In this document: positions 1 through 11,402 of the stretch, piece after piece
Layout: each line of letters starts with the position of its first letter
How positions within the stretch are numbered: the stretch's first letter is position 1
Origin: Emiliania huxleyi CCMP1516
Taxonomy: Eukaryota
Assembly (NCBI RefSeq): GCF_000372725.1
Contig: NW_005201092.1
Location: 532,564-596,563 of the forward strand
Direction: 5' to 3'
DNA: 64,000 nucleotides
Made by a program: the position numbers and the translations under genes
The notes under the pieces: generated by a model
Told to the model about the DNA's origin: nothing
The model's database searches: none
The model's input: only the letters and a program-made list of their open reading frames with translations

Positions 1-3000
1 CGACCGTCCGGTGAGCTGGTCGCCGACAATGTACGAGTTGTGGCTGGTCGCGACCCAGTAGTGCGACAGCGGCTGCGAGAGGTCCGCGGTGTACGCGTTT
101 GGCGGCACCGCACGGTTCTCCGGCGAGAGGAGGAGCATCGCGAACCGCATGTACGACAGCCGGGAGCTGCCAGCGTCGCCGCACGCGCGGGCGTAGGCCG
201 CGCGCGCTGCCGGCACGTCGGGTTCCTCCTGCACTGCGGCTTGGAAGGCGAGCCACCCTCGGAGGTCCATCTCGCCGTCGGCGTTGGCGTAGTCGTTGAA
301 GAGCTGGCGAATCTCGTCCTGGGCAGTGTAGCCGGACAGCAGGACCTCCGCCACCTGCAGCATGTTCAGCGAGCCGCCAGCGGGCGTGAGCCACTCCGGC
401 AGCGGCGTCGCCTGGGCCAACCGCACCGCCCTTGCCTCCAGCTGCCGAGCATTGGCATCGGCGCCGACAGAGTCGCGCGCGCTCTTGACGACTGCGGCGA
501 GGGAGCAGTTCGAGCGGTTGGCGGCCGCAGGCAGGCTGTGCAGGGGCAGCACGCCCGCCGCGTTGCCGCCGATGGAGACGGACGCGGCCATGCGCGAGAG
601 CAGCCAAAGGTGTGACGCCGCTCCGGGCGAGCGCAAAGCCACCTCCGCCATCAGGGCCTGCAGCGCCGCCGCCCACGCCGCCGCCTCCTCGTCCGAGCTC
701 GTGACGCGCAGCACGCGCAGCTCGCCCTGGAGATTGCGATGCCGCACGCGCACAGTGCCCAGCCCGCCGCCGCGCGCCTCGACGGCAACCTCCGTCACGA
801 GCGGGACGAAGACGCGGTCCCTCGACGACCAGGACCAGCCGAGCGCAAGGGAGGGCGCGTCGAGGACGACGAAGCTCGGCACGGACGGCTCGTAGAGGTC
901 GTCGATCACGACTCGCCCCGCGAGGCCGGCAACGAGCGGGTGGAGGTTTGTGGGCGTCTCGGGCGGCATGCCGCGGCGGCGATGCCACAGCGCAAAGGGC
1001 CACCTCGTCGCGAGCTGGACGAGGTTGCGGCGCGGCAGGACGGCGGCGCCGGCGCGTCGCGCGAAGGCGCAGAGCGAGGCCGCCTTGCGCGCGAGAACGC
1101 GCCAGACAAGGGTCTGCGGCGAGATGGAGTGGGCGCGGGCCAGCCGGATGATGCGTGGGGAGTGGTCGTGCAGGTAGAGCTGCAGCGCGGCGAGGAGGAG
1201 GTGGAGGAGGAGGAGCCCCATCCCGAAGAAGGCAAAGGTGGAGAAGAGCTCCGCAGGGGAGAGGCCAAAGCTGTCCTCGCACACCTCCGCGTCCTGCTCG
1301 CACATCTTGAGCAGCAGCACGGTGAGGTAGACGACGACGAGCGAAAGGTACGCCATCGTCGCGAGCCAGTTGTCCTCGCTGCGGCGGAAGGGCTGCGTCG
1401 CCATCTGCAGCGAGAGGAAGAGGATCGAGACGAGCAGCGCGACGAGCGCGCGCGCCTCCTCCAGCCTCTCGTCGATGAGCAGCACGAAGCACGTGAGCGT
1501 CAGCTTGCGCAGCACCTCTAGCACCTCCCACAAGTACGCCTCGGGCCTGTAGTCGGCCCAGAGGAAGCGCGTCGAAGCGACCCACTTTGTCGTCCGGCCG
1601 GCGCGGATCGCGCGCTGGTGAGCGAGAAGCAAGACCAGGTAGAGCACCGGCACGCCGACGGGCCAAAGCGGGGAGAGTCCGAACGCCCAGTTCTTGAGCC
1701 GCTGGTGCGCCGGCGTGCTGCACTCCAGCGAGTAGTCCGCCTGCAGGAAGGACCGCGTCTCGCCCGTGGCGTCGTCGTAGACGAATGCGTCGCACAGAAA
1801 CGAGGAGAAGATGAGCGCCGAGACGGCGGGCAGAAGGAGGAAGGTGGCGTAGAGAACCAGCGGGAGCACTCTGCGAAGCGCAGAGACGAGAAAGACGGAG
1901 GCGCCGGTTCCGCGGAGCTGCCCCTTTGCGTGGGCGACGGCGGCGTTGCGGATGGTCCACGCCACTGCGGCGAGACCGATGACGCCCCACGGAGCGACCG
2001 CCGCCCCGATGAGCTGGTCCAGCTTTGAGCCGTAGCAGGCGGACGGCACCGCCAGGTCCATCACCCGCGCCGCGGCGGTCAGGGCGGACATCACGTTTTC
2101 CATGAAGCTGCCGACGAGCGTCTCCGGGACGCTGAGCGCGTAGACGGAGGGGATGGCGGCCAGGCACTGGTAGAGAGCGACGAAGATCTTTAGCTTCGAC
2201 CCCGTGCCCGCGCGCTTGAGAAGCGCGGCGAGAGAGCGGCCGGCTCGCAAGACCCTCCTCGCCGCCTTGTGCCGAGGCTCCCAGCTGCTCCGGAGGAGGG
2301 CGATCGCCGCACAAAGCAGCCCCGACGCGATCACAGCCGCGGCGGCGAGCGAGGCGGGGCGCCATGGCGGAGGGCAGTCGACGCACTCCCTGCTGGCGAC
2401 GCTAAAGTACTGTGCGACCGCGAGGCCTTCGCAAGAGCCGGAGCGCTCCCCACCCCGCCTGCAGGAGCACACCTTGCACCGGGGCCCCTCGTGGCGGTAA
2501 TCGCAGAGGTCCGAGGCGGCACCCTCGTCATCGCCCTCCACCTCGAGCCGGCGCCTGGAGCTCGCGCTGCCTTTCGTCGAGCCCCTGCACGCGTCGGAGT
2601 CGTAGCAGCGGTAGAGCTCCGTCGTGCGGCTCGAGCCGCGCCAAAAGTCCCTCGAGACGCCCATCGTCGCCACCGTCGTGTTGCGCGAGCACTCGGCGTT
2701 CGGCGGGCAATCCTTGCAGTACTTGGTCGGGTTTTTGAAGATGTCGGCAGCGCTCTCGACCAGGTAGTAGCCCTCTTTGCAGATCGAGCAGGTGACGTCG
2801 CCGCGCCCACTACTCAAGGGATAGGGGCAGAGGGTGCATTCCCCCTGGCCAGGGTTGGCGGCGTACGTGCCTGCAGTACACTCGTCGCACGATACGCTGC
2901 CGGCGCCAGAAGTGGTGCCGGGCTTACAGAGCTCGCACTGGGAGAGGCCAGGCGTGGCGGCGAAAGCGCCCGGCGAGCACTCCGCCGGCGGCGCAGCCCC

Positions 3001-6000
3001 ACCGCTGCACGACGATCCCGCCGGGCAGTCGAAACAGTCGGGATCGCCGTCATCGTCGGTGGCATTGGCGTATGTGCCCAGCTCGCACGCCGCGGGCAGC
3101 TCGAGCGACGCGCCAAGAGGACACAGGCTGCCAGGCTTACAGCGGAGGCACTCGGCTGCGCCGCTCGCCTTCTGGTAGAATCCGGCGGAGCATCGTTCGC
3201 ACTTGGAGAGGCCAGGCGTGGCGGCGAAAGCGCCCGGCGAGCACTCCGCCGGCGGCGCAGCCCCACCGCTGCACGACGATCCCGCCGGGCAGTCGAAGCA
3301 GTCGGGATCGCCGTCATCGTCGGTGGCATTGGCGTATGTGCCCGGCTCGCACGCTGCGGGCAGCTCGAGCGACGCGCCAAGAGGACACAGGCTGCCAGGC
3401 TTACAGCGGAGGCACTCGGCTGCGCCGCTCGCCTTCTGGTAGAATCCGGCGGAGCATCGTTCGCACTTGGAGAGGCCAGGCGTGGCGGCGAAATGGCCGG
3501 GCTCACAGGGCGCGCACGCGTCGCCGCTCTCCGCTCCCCGCGTCGCGCTCGCGGTGCCGGCGGGGCAGAGCTCGCAAGCGGCGCTCGAGTTGGAGCCGTT
3601 GTTCGGGTTGAAGCTGCCTGCGGGACAGGGCTCCCAGACCATGCTCGTGGCGGCGCCCACTTCATTGCAGGAGCCGCCCTTTGGACACGGCTCGCAAGAC
3701 GACTGCCCGACAGCCGCCGAGTAGCTCCCCGGAGGACAGGCGAGGCAGTCCGCCTGGCCTGTGAGGGGCTGATACTGGCCCGGAGCGCACGGCAGACAAG
3801 CATCCTCGCTCGCCGCGCCGCGCGCCGGCATCATCGTGCCGCGGGGGCACGGCGTCGGGTCGGCGGTGCCCTCGACGCAGTAGCGGCCTTGAGGGCACTG
3901 CCCGCTGCAGGTGGGGCTGCTCAGGTCGGTCTCGTTCCCGAAGAAGCCGGCGGCGCACTCCTTCAAGCAGCCGGTGAAGTCGCCGGAGAAGGCGTCCTCC
4001 CCGTCGCCGCTTGTCGGCGGCATGTACTGCCCGCGCTCGCAGGTCCAGCTGATGGGCGCGTTCGAGCTGACGGTCGTCTCGCCGACGTTGCCCTCGAAGG
4101 CGGTGCCGACGATGAGGGCGGTCTCGCTGTTCGTGTCCTGGGAGGCGTACTCGATCGCAGCGCCCTTGTCAGCCTCGTTGCGCTCAAAGGCGGAGTCCCT
4201 GATGACGAGGCTCTGCGACAGCTCGGCAAATAGCCCGCCGCCGCTATTTCCCGCTTTGCAGCCCGAGACGGTCACCGCCTGGAGGCCGAGGCGGCTGCCC
4301 TGCTTGGAGGCGATGCCGCCGCCGTCCCCGCCGGCGAAGGAGTTGCTGATGGTGACGCCGCGAAGGACCGCCTCGCCGCCCTCAATCACAAGGGAGCCGC
4401 CGTCGCCGTCCGCGCGGCCGTTGATGAGGGTGATGTCGCCCTCCAGCGTCAGGCGGCAGCCGCCCGAGACGAGGAAGTGGCGCGACATGCCCTCGGCGTT
4501 CATGATGGCGGTCGAGCCTGGGCTGCTCTGGATCGAGACTTCGATCGGGGTGCGGCACGACAGCTCGCTACCGCCGAGAAGGAAGAGTGCGTCGCGCTGC
4601 AGCTGCAGCGACACGTTAGCGCTGGGAGCGCGGTTATCCCCGCCGCCACACACGCAACAATGGACCTTGGCCCTGCCCTCGCCATTGAAGTCAGTGCTGC
4701 CGTGCTTGTTGCACCGGTTGTAGGATGAGTACTTGTCACAACCGTCGCCCTCGCCATCAAACCAAGCTATTCCGGACGATGCACCAGGGCGATCCATGCA
4801 GAGGCCCTCGGCGTCTTTGAGCCGCTTGCGCAGCTGGTCGACGGTCTCGACGAGCTGGGTCGCGGGAGTGAGCGGCGGGAGCGGCGGCGGAGATGGCGGT
4901 GATGGAGGGGACGGTGGCAGCGAGGGCGGCGAGGGCGACGATGGCGGCGAGGGCGGCGAGGGCGGCGATGGCGGCGGCCAGCACACCTGCGATGCGCAAA
5001 ACGCTGGGGGTCAGCTGCATAAGAGGGAGGCTAGGGCGATTGGCGAGCTACACCTTCCAGGGGGGCTTGGGCTTCTCGCGGAAGGAGAACCACTTGATGG
5101 TGGCACCCGCAACCACAATCCCTGTCAGAGAAGTGCCATCTCGAGCCATGATCCCTGAAAGGTCCGGATGGTTCGAGCAGTACTCCTTGCCGTTCACCTT
5201 GAAATAGTCTTTCGCGGGGCCGCACTCTGGAGGCTTCTCTTTGCCCCAGCCGCCAGTCCCATTCAAACCGCCTTCGACAACCATCAGTGGGTGGCCTGGG
5301 ACATTGACAATGCTGCACGTGGGGTCGCGAGGACCCTTGCCCGCAAGAGACCGACGGCCGGGGCCATCGGAACCTGCGCCGTCACCCCCCTTGCCGCCGC
5401 CGCCCTCGCCTGCGCCCCCCTCGCCGCCGCCGCCGAGCCCGCCGCCGCCCTCGAAGGCCGGGTAGTTTGGCGAGGTGGCGCACGCGCCGCCGTCGGTGAG
5501 CGGGCACGGGCCGTCAGCCTGGACGCTCAGGCCAGGCAGGAGCGGCGGGGATGACGGCGGTGACTGCGGGGGTGGTGGCGGCGGCGGTGGCGACCGGGGT
5601 GGCAGAGGCGGCGGCATCTGCGGCGGCGCGTTGGCCCAGCAGATCTTCCAGCCGGCCGCGTACGTCGCATAGTCCGAGCTCCAGGTGATCTTGCCATCCG
5701 ACGGCACGATCCCAGTCGGGCCAGAGGTGCCGCAGTACCTCACGCCGTTGACGAAAAGATAGTCGAAGGGGCAGTCATCTGTCGGGTCGCCGTTCCCGTC
5801 GAAGTCCCAGTAAGGTTCATCGTCTCCCTGCACGTCGAAGGCGAGGGAGACCAGCGGGTTGGGCGGCACATTGGTGAACTCGCACCACTCATCAGGGCCG
5901 TACTTGTCCGGGTAGTTTGGCGAAGTAGCGCAGGCGCCGCCGTCGGTGAGCGGGCACGGGCCGTCAGCCTGGACGCTCAGGCCAGGCAGGAGCGGCGGGG

Positions 6001-8257
6001 ATGACGGCGGTGACGGCGAAGATGGCGGCAGCGGCGGCAGCGGCGGATGGCTAGGTGGCGGCGGCATCTGCGGAGGCGCGTTGGCCCAGCAGATCTTCCA
6101 GCCGGCCCCGAACTCAAACTCGTCCGAGACCCAGGTGATCTTGCCATCCGACGGCACGATCCCAGTCGGGCCAGAGGTGCCGCAGTACCTCACGCCGTTG
6201 ACGAAGAGATAGTCGAAGGGGCAGTCGTCTGTCGGGTCGACGTTGCCGTCGAAGTCCCAGTAAGGGCCATAGTCTCCCTGCACATCGAAGGCGAGGGAGA
6301 CCAGCGGGTTGGGCGGCACATTGATGAACTCGCACCACTCATCAGGGCCGTACTTGTCCGGGTAGTTTGGCGAGGTGGCGCAGGCGCCGCCGTCGGTGAG
6401 CGGGCACGGGCCGTCGACCTGGACGCTCAGGCCAGGCAGGAGCGGCGGGGATGACGGCGGTGACGGCGGGGATGGCGGCGCGGGTGGCGGCGGCGGTTGG
6501 CTAGGAGGCGGCGGCATCTGCGGCGGCGCGTTGGCCCAGCAGATCTTCCAGCCGGCCGCGGACACTTCATCGTCCGAGACCCAGGTGATGTTGCCATCCG
6601 ACGGCACGATCCCAGTCGGGCCAGAGGTGCCGCAGTACCTCACGCCGTTGACGAAAAGGTAGTCGGGGCAGTCATCTGTGGGGTCGCCGTTCCCGTCGTA
6701 GTCGTAGTAAAGGTAATAGTCTCCCTGCACGTCGAAGGCGAGGGAGACCAGCGGGTTGGGCGGCACATTGGTGAACTCGCACCGCTCCTCAGGGCCGTAC
6801 TCACCGTCCGGGTAGTTTGGCGAGGTGGCGCAGGCGCCGCCGTCGGTGAGCGGGCACGGGCCGTCGACCTGGACGCTCAGGCCAGGCAGAAGCGGCGGGG
6901 ATGACGGGGAAGGCAAAGCGCCACCACAACACATAACGGCCTCGTCGCAGGAGCACCAAGAAGGCTGGAAAATGCAGTCTCCACCGCAATCACAGTAGTT
7001 TGAAGCCGGCTGACCAGGGCACAGCACCGCAGCCACCCCTTGTAGGCGTGCGGCGGAGCAAACCAGCAGGAAGACCACACCGTGCCGCGAGCCCATTCCC
7101 GTTCGGGATGCGAAAGAGCGGAGCCGCGACTCCATAGTAGAGGAGTTGCCGTTACGTCGAGCATGGCTGCGGCCCTCCACCCTCCCATTCTTGATCTGCT
7201 GCTGTCGCAACAGCCCGATGCATGCCGCGAGCAGCGCCAGCACGGCCGCACAAGAGTAGAGAAAGAGCAGCGAGGCCGCCTCGATCTCTGAGTGGGCCGT
7301 GGCGGTCGTGAAGCTCTCCTCGGGTAAGGGGTCGCCGATTTGGGTCGCGCCGGAAGTCTCGTCAAAGGAGGCGAGCTCGGCGTAGATGAAGGAGGCGCAG
7401 CGTGGCCGCGAGCCGGCGAGGTCACTTGAAATGGAGAGGGGATCGGTCGACTCGGTCGTCTTCGAGTCGGAAACAGGTCGCACGAAACGGGTCGTCTTCG
7501 AGATCTTCCAGCCGGCCGCGTTCGTCGAATAGTCCGAGACCCAGGTGATCTTGCCATCCGATGGAACGATCCCAGTCGGGCCAGAGGTGCCGCAGTACTT
7601 CACGCCGTTGACGATGAGGTAGTCGTAGGAGCAGTCGGCCTGAGGCTCCACGTCGAAGGCGAGGGAGACCAACAGGTTGGGCGGCACATTGGTGAACTCG
7701 CACCGCTTCTCAAGGCCGTACTTGTCCGGGTAGTGTGGCGAAGTAGCGCAGGCGCCGCCGTCGGTGAGCGGGCACGGGCCGTCGACCTGGACGCTCAGGC
7801 CAGGCAGATGTGGCGGGGATGGCGGCGGAGGGGGCGACCGCGGTGGATCGGAATTGTCGAGCCGACGTCGACGTCGTGCCGCGTCGCCCCGATGGTGGAG
7901 GCATGCCTCCGGAAGAACAAGCGTGCCAACCGGCGCCCACGTGCTGCTTTCGCCCACGTTTTGCAGGCAATCGCAGCCGGACTGGCAGAAGCACCAGCAT
8001 CCCTCGGAATCGCAATGGTGCTCGACGTTCGTCGTGGTGGGGTGAGCTCCTTCGCAAGAGTCAACGCAGCGCTGTCTGGAGCAGTCCGAGGCAGGTCCAC
8101 GGCACACAAAAGCGTCGAGATCGCTCGTACACCGACCCGCTGAAGGGAAGCTCTCCCAGGTTGAGCGCGTCGCCTGAGAGAAAACCGCTCCCGGCGGCGT
8201 CGCCGCGCCTCCATTGCCGGGCAGGCCGAAGCAGAAGATCAGAGCAGGCGGCAGCAT
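1..8257 (-). CDS. Giant receptor-like protein: signal peptide, five CUB-like repeats, parallel beta-helix-like region, Cys-rich (GCC2/GCC3 / ephrin-receptor-like) repeats, multi-pass TM module, then PH-like, EF-hand-like and PI-phospholipase C X domain; truncated at window start
   Basis: Exon 8257-5054 (ORF 5048..8284), GT-AG intron 5053-4987 (WK|VCW), then an exon from 4986 to base 1 in one frame; the ORF track lists no terminated ORF in that frame. My translation gives CPAG/CEPG repeats, KLKIFVALYQ, FLQADYSLEC, WEVLEVLRKL, QPFRRSEDNWL, then LRVTSSDEEAAAWAAALQAL, EIRQLFNDYANADGEMDLRGWLAFQAAVQEE and DLSQPLSHYWVATSHNSYIVGDQLTGRS. Confidence 0.85.
2940..3490 (-). repeat. In-frame tandem duplication (about 264 bp unit) of Cys-rich repeat modules
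   Basis: Near-identical blocks begin at about 2940, 3204 and 3468 (ggagaggccaggcgtggcggcgaaa), encoding KCERCSAGFYQKASGAAECLRCKPG... Confidence 0.9.
5460..7810 (-). repeat. Coding tandem repeats of CUB-like domains with Pro/Ser linkers (about 430-470 bp unit)
   Basis: Repeated LPGLSVQVDGPCPLTDGGACATSPNYP...YCGTSGPTGIVPSDGKITW...GWKICW in ORF 5048..8284. Confidence 0.9.
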
Positions 8258-8878
8258 CGAGATGCAAGAGATCTGAGCTGCCAAACTCGGCCGCCGACAC
8301 AGCTGTACTTTTTTTTTAAGGTCCTCCGGCCAGTTTCGGGGGGCAAACCCCGCCCGGCCCCTAGAACCCCAGGTAAGGCCCAGGTGTGGCCTAGGGCATC
8401 AGAAGGGACCAAGAGGAGTCCAGTCTGAGCAATAGAGCCCATGTCTTTGCCCCCGAAGGTCGCGTTCAAATGCCCGGACGGACGTCACAGTGGTGTCCGG
8501 CCGGCGCGATCACCGAGCTGTGACGCTCAGGGAAGCCTGATGAGGTACTGGTTTCTTTGCCCAGGGCTGGCCTACGGCCCGTGCTGGATCAGCTGAGCAA
8601 GGTTTGGGGAGAATCCTATAGTAGGATCTTCAGATATTTTGACGGATGATCGAAATCACCCCGTTTTTGCCCTCTCGCAAAGGTCCAAAGTCGCCACCTC
8701 TCGCAAAGGTCCAAAGTCGATGAGTTCTCCGGTGGACCATCAATATTTACCGAGATATGGCCGCTCAAAGTCTGAGACCTGTCACAAAAGTGATGCACCT
8801 ATTGGGAGCGAGCTTAGGGGACCCCTAGGGTTCTGAGGGCCGGATTTTTTAAGACCTTTTAAGAAACGAGGAGGTTTG

Positions 8879-9008
8879 GGGGCTTAACTTGAGCACTTGA
8901 GCACTGGATAGGGCCGATTCCGCGTGGTACGGGACCCCTCGATCGTCTCGCCCTCCCTCACTGGTGTGTTCATCGGGGGGGGTCATAACAAACACGGGGC
9001 TTAACTTG
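8879..9008. repeat. Small dispersed repeat (about 105 bp) flanked by the direct repeat ggggcttaacttg; second copy at about 35286-35398
   Basis: gagcactggatagggccgattccgc...gggacccctcgatcgtctcgccctc...ggggtcataacaaacacgg occurs at both sites. Confidence 0.7.
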
Positions 9009-9211
9009 CCATTTAAGAGATTGCAGGCACGGGGGGTCCCTCTTTTAAGACCGTTTAAGAAAATCGGCCTCGCCGGCATGCGTCGCTGGGTTCCGCGCAC
9101 GTTTTCTTTTTTCAACGATCTTCTTCTCTCTCGTCGACAGGCTGTCAGGAAAGAGGTGGAATCGCGCTTCGCCACAGCCAAGAGCGGCTAAGTCAAACGT
9201 GACCTCTAGTG

Positions 9212-10526
9212 CTACGTATCATCACTCCCCCCACCGGCCAGCCCGGCCGGCGAGAGCTGGCTGAGTATCTCCGCCTCGAGCTCGTCGAGCGCCTCCTCCG
9301 CCTCGCTCGCCCCGCCGCGCGTCACGGGCAGGTTCGCGTCGCCCGAAGCCAAGTCCTGTCGAGCACCGGGTGTCAGACCCGCTGGAGGAGTGCCTTGTCT
9401 GTGCGTGTCTGTGTGTCGCTCCATCCCGACCGTCTCTCCGCCCATGCCTCCACCCATACCTGGCGTCGGTATCCCAAGTCACTGCTGCCTCGCCTCTCCC
9501 GCTATCCATCACCTCGGCAGGGAGGATGAGCTCGAGCGACTCGCGCCGCAAGTAGTCGGCGTGCGCGCCTGCAGAGGGGCTCCAAGCAGGTGCAGGGGGC
9601 GTGTCTAGCCGTCCCTAGTGCTCCGGCGAGCGGGGGGTCTGGCGCGCCCGCGGCGCTCGGCGGCAACAGACGCGACTCGACGCCGAGGGCCACAATCCTA
9701 CGTCGTGTGAGAGCAAGTCAGGGGGGTGGGACGACCAGAGGCCGCTAGCAGATGGGCCTCCGGGGCGTGGATGCGACGGACTGCAGCCGAGAGCCTCTCT
9801 TCTCGGGTGCGAGTTCAGAGGTGTCTTCCGCGCATCTGGCGCCCCAATCTCGTCTGTCGCGCGGAGCGCCACGTCGAGGTAGAAGAGGGCCTCGAGCGGG
9901 ACGACCATCCCGAGGTTGGCGCGCAGCTTGCTCAGCGCCTGCGCCGCGTCCGCCTGCGCGCCGCACCGCCTCCAGCCGCACGCGCCCCACTGCCACCCGA
10001 TGGCCGCGCGCTGGTCGGCCGTGAGCGAGGCCGACGCCGCGAGGAGGGTGGCGGCGCGCTCGAGGGCGGGCACCGTGTCCGCAGGGAGCAGCGCGCCGAG
10101 CTCGGCCCAGCGCTGCGCCTCCGCCAGCGCCCGCGCCTCCCGAATCGCGTCGCGCACCCGCACGACCTCCTCAAACGCCTGCCGCGTCTGCTCCCGCGTC
10201 GGCGGCGAACGGCGGAGCTCGCGCCAGTCGGCGTCGAGCGCGGCGCGGCGCGGCGCGAGCTCGTTCTGCGATCTGAGCCGGTACAGCTCGTCGCCCTCGC
10301 GCAGCTCGTCCGGTCGCGGCGCCGTGGCCAGCCTCTCCGCCTCTCCGTGCACGAGGCCTGCGATGGCCGCACCGGCGCCCACGGTCCAGGCCCGGAGCGC
10401 AATTTGCAGCGCGTCGCGCCGCGTGCGCGAAGGCGACGGCGGCTGATCGGCTCGCCCGAGCGGCGCGGGGAGCACGGCGCACGAGGACGCCGCGAGGCTG
10501 GGAACCAGCCCGACCGAGGAGAGCAT
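9212..10526 (-). CDS. Multi-exon hypothetical protein, possibly plastid-targeted
   Basis: Coding-like segment in ORF 9615..10763 from MLSSVGLV (RRDAL motif; IGWQWGACGWRRCGAQADA...LEALFYLDVA), with later exons ADYLRRESLELILPAE and DLASGDANLPV...EAEILSQL ending at the stop at 9212. Confidence 0.55.
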
Positions 10527-11205
10527 TTGGGGGAAAAGAAAACGGTCCGCTTTTTGAGCAGGTGTGCCGCCGCGCGAGCGACGCTCCGAGATCGCCCGAG
10601 ATAGCGCGGCGCGGCGGCGGCGGGGGGGGGCGTGGCGTGGAGCCCCGAGATTGCGCGAGATTGCCCGAGATCGCGAGGCGCGGCCCGAGATCGCTCGAGA
10701 TCGCGCGGGTGTGTGGCGCCTTGGCATATCTCGGACTCGGCGAGGTGGATGGGCTGGGAGCAAGGAAGCGGAAGTGATCAGTGCGGTAGATCAGTCGGGG
10801 CGCAAGAGGTGGCCTGTGAGCCATCCGGCTTACATTTACCCTGCGTTCTTGCACATGGAGTGCAAGATACTCGTTCTGAGAGAGATTTTTAGCAATACCA
10901 AACAAATCTAACACTCACACGTCATTTGTGTTGCTCGTTCTGTTGCCATCCCAAACTGTCACTCCCCTTTCTCCCGGCCGGGGTGGGGCGCGCGCGCGCG
11001 CGGGGGCGACGGGTGTGCGGGATGTCTGTGGGCCCGAGAGCGACATGCCATGTCCGCCTTGCGTTTGTTTGCTTAACATCGAAGGCTAAGCTCAAAAGAA
11101 AACGTGCCGCTTAAGACCTATCGTTTACAATATGGCACCCCTCTTCGTTTCTCTTTTTTCTGGCCAAAGCTTTTTCTTGCACGAGCGATGCCTTAAGGCC
11201 CTTAA

Positions 11206-11320
11206 CTTGGCCGCAATGTGTATCTCGCGAGACCTCGTGAGAAGGCCGCCCGCAGGCCTCCCCGAGGTTCACCGAGGGCCCAAGTGCAAGTCAAGAATTG
11301 GCTTTCTTTTGGCGGGCAAG
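11206..11320. repeat. Short dispersed repeat family; copies at about 42497-42575 (same strand) and 54318-54378 (inverted)
   Basis: Shared gagacctcg(t/a)gagaaggccgcccgcagg...aagtcaagaattggctttc. Confidence 0.7.
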
Positions 11321-11402
11321 CCCTTAACTGTAATCCGTGTGTGAGCCACTCAACGAAACTCCGCAGGACCACACACCCTCGCACCACCGCACAGGTCCCA
11401 CC

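Noticed and set aside
40..4728. Long plus-strand ORFs (e.g. 2269..4233, 654 aa)
   Set aside because: Antisense shadows of the GC-rich minus-strand receptor-PLC gene; no recognisable motifs.
10575..10725. gagatcgc-type repeats as a regulatory array
   Set aside because: Same class of low-complexity filler as seen in introns elsewhere in the window; no specific evidence of function.
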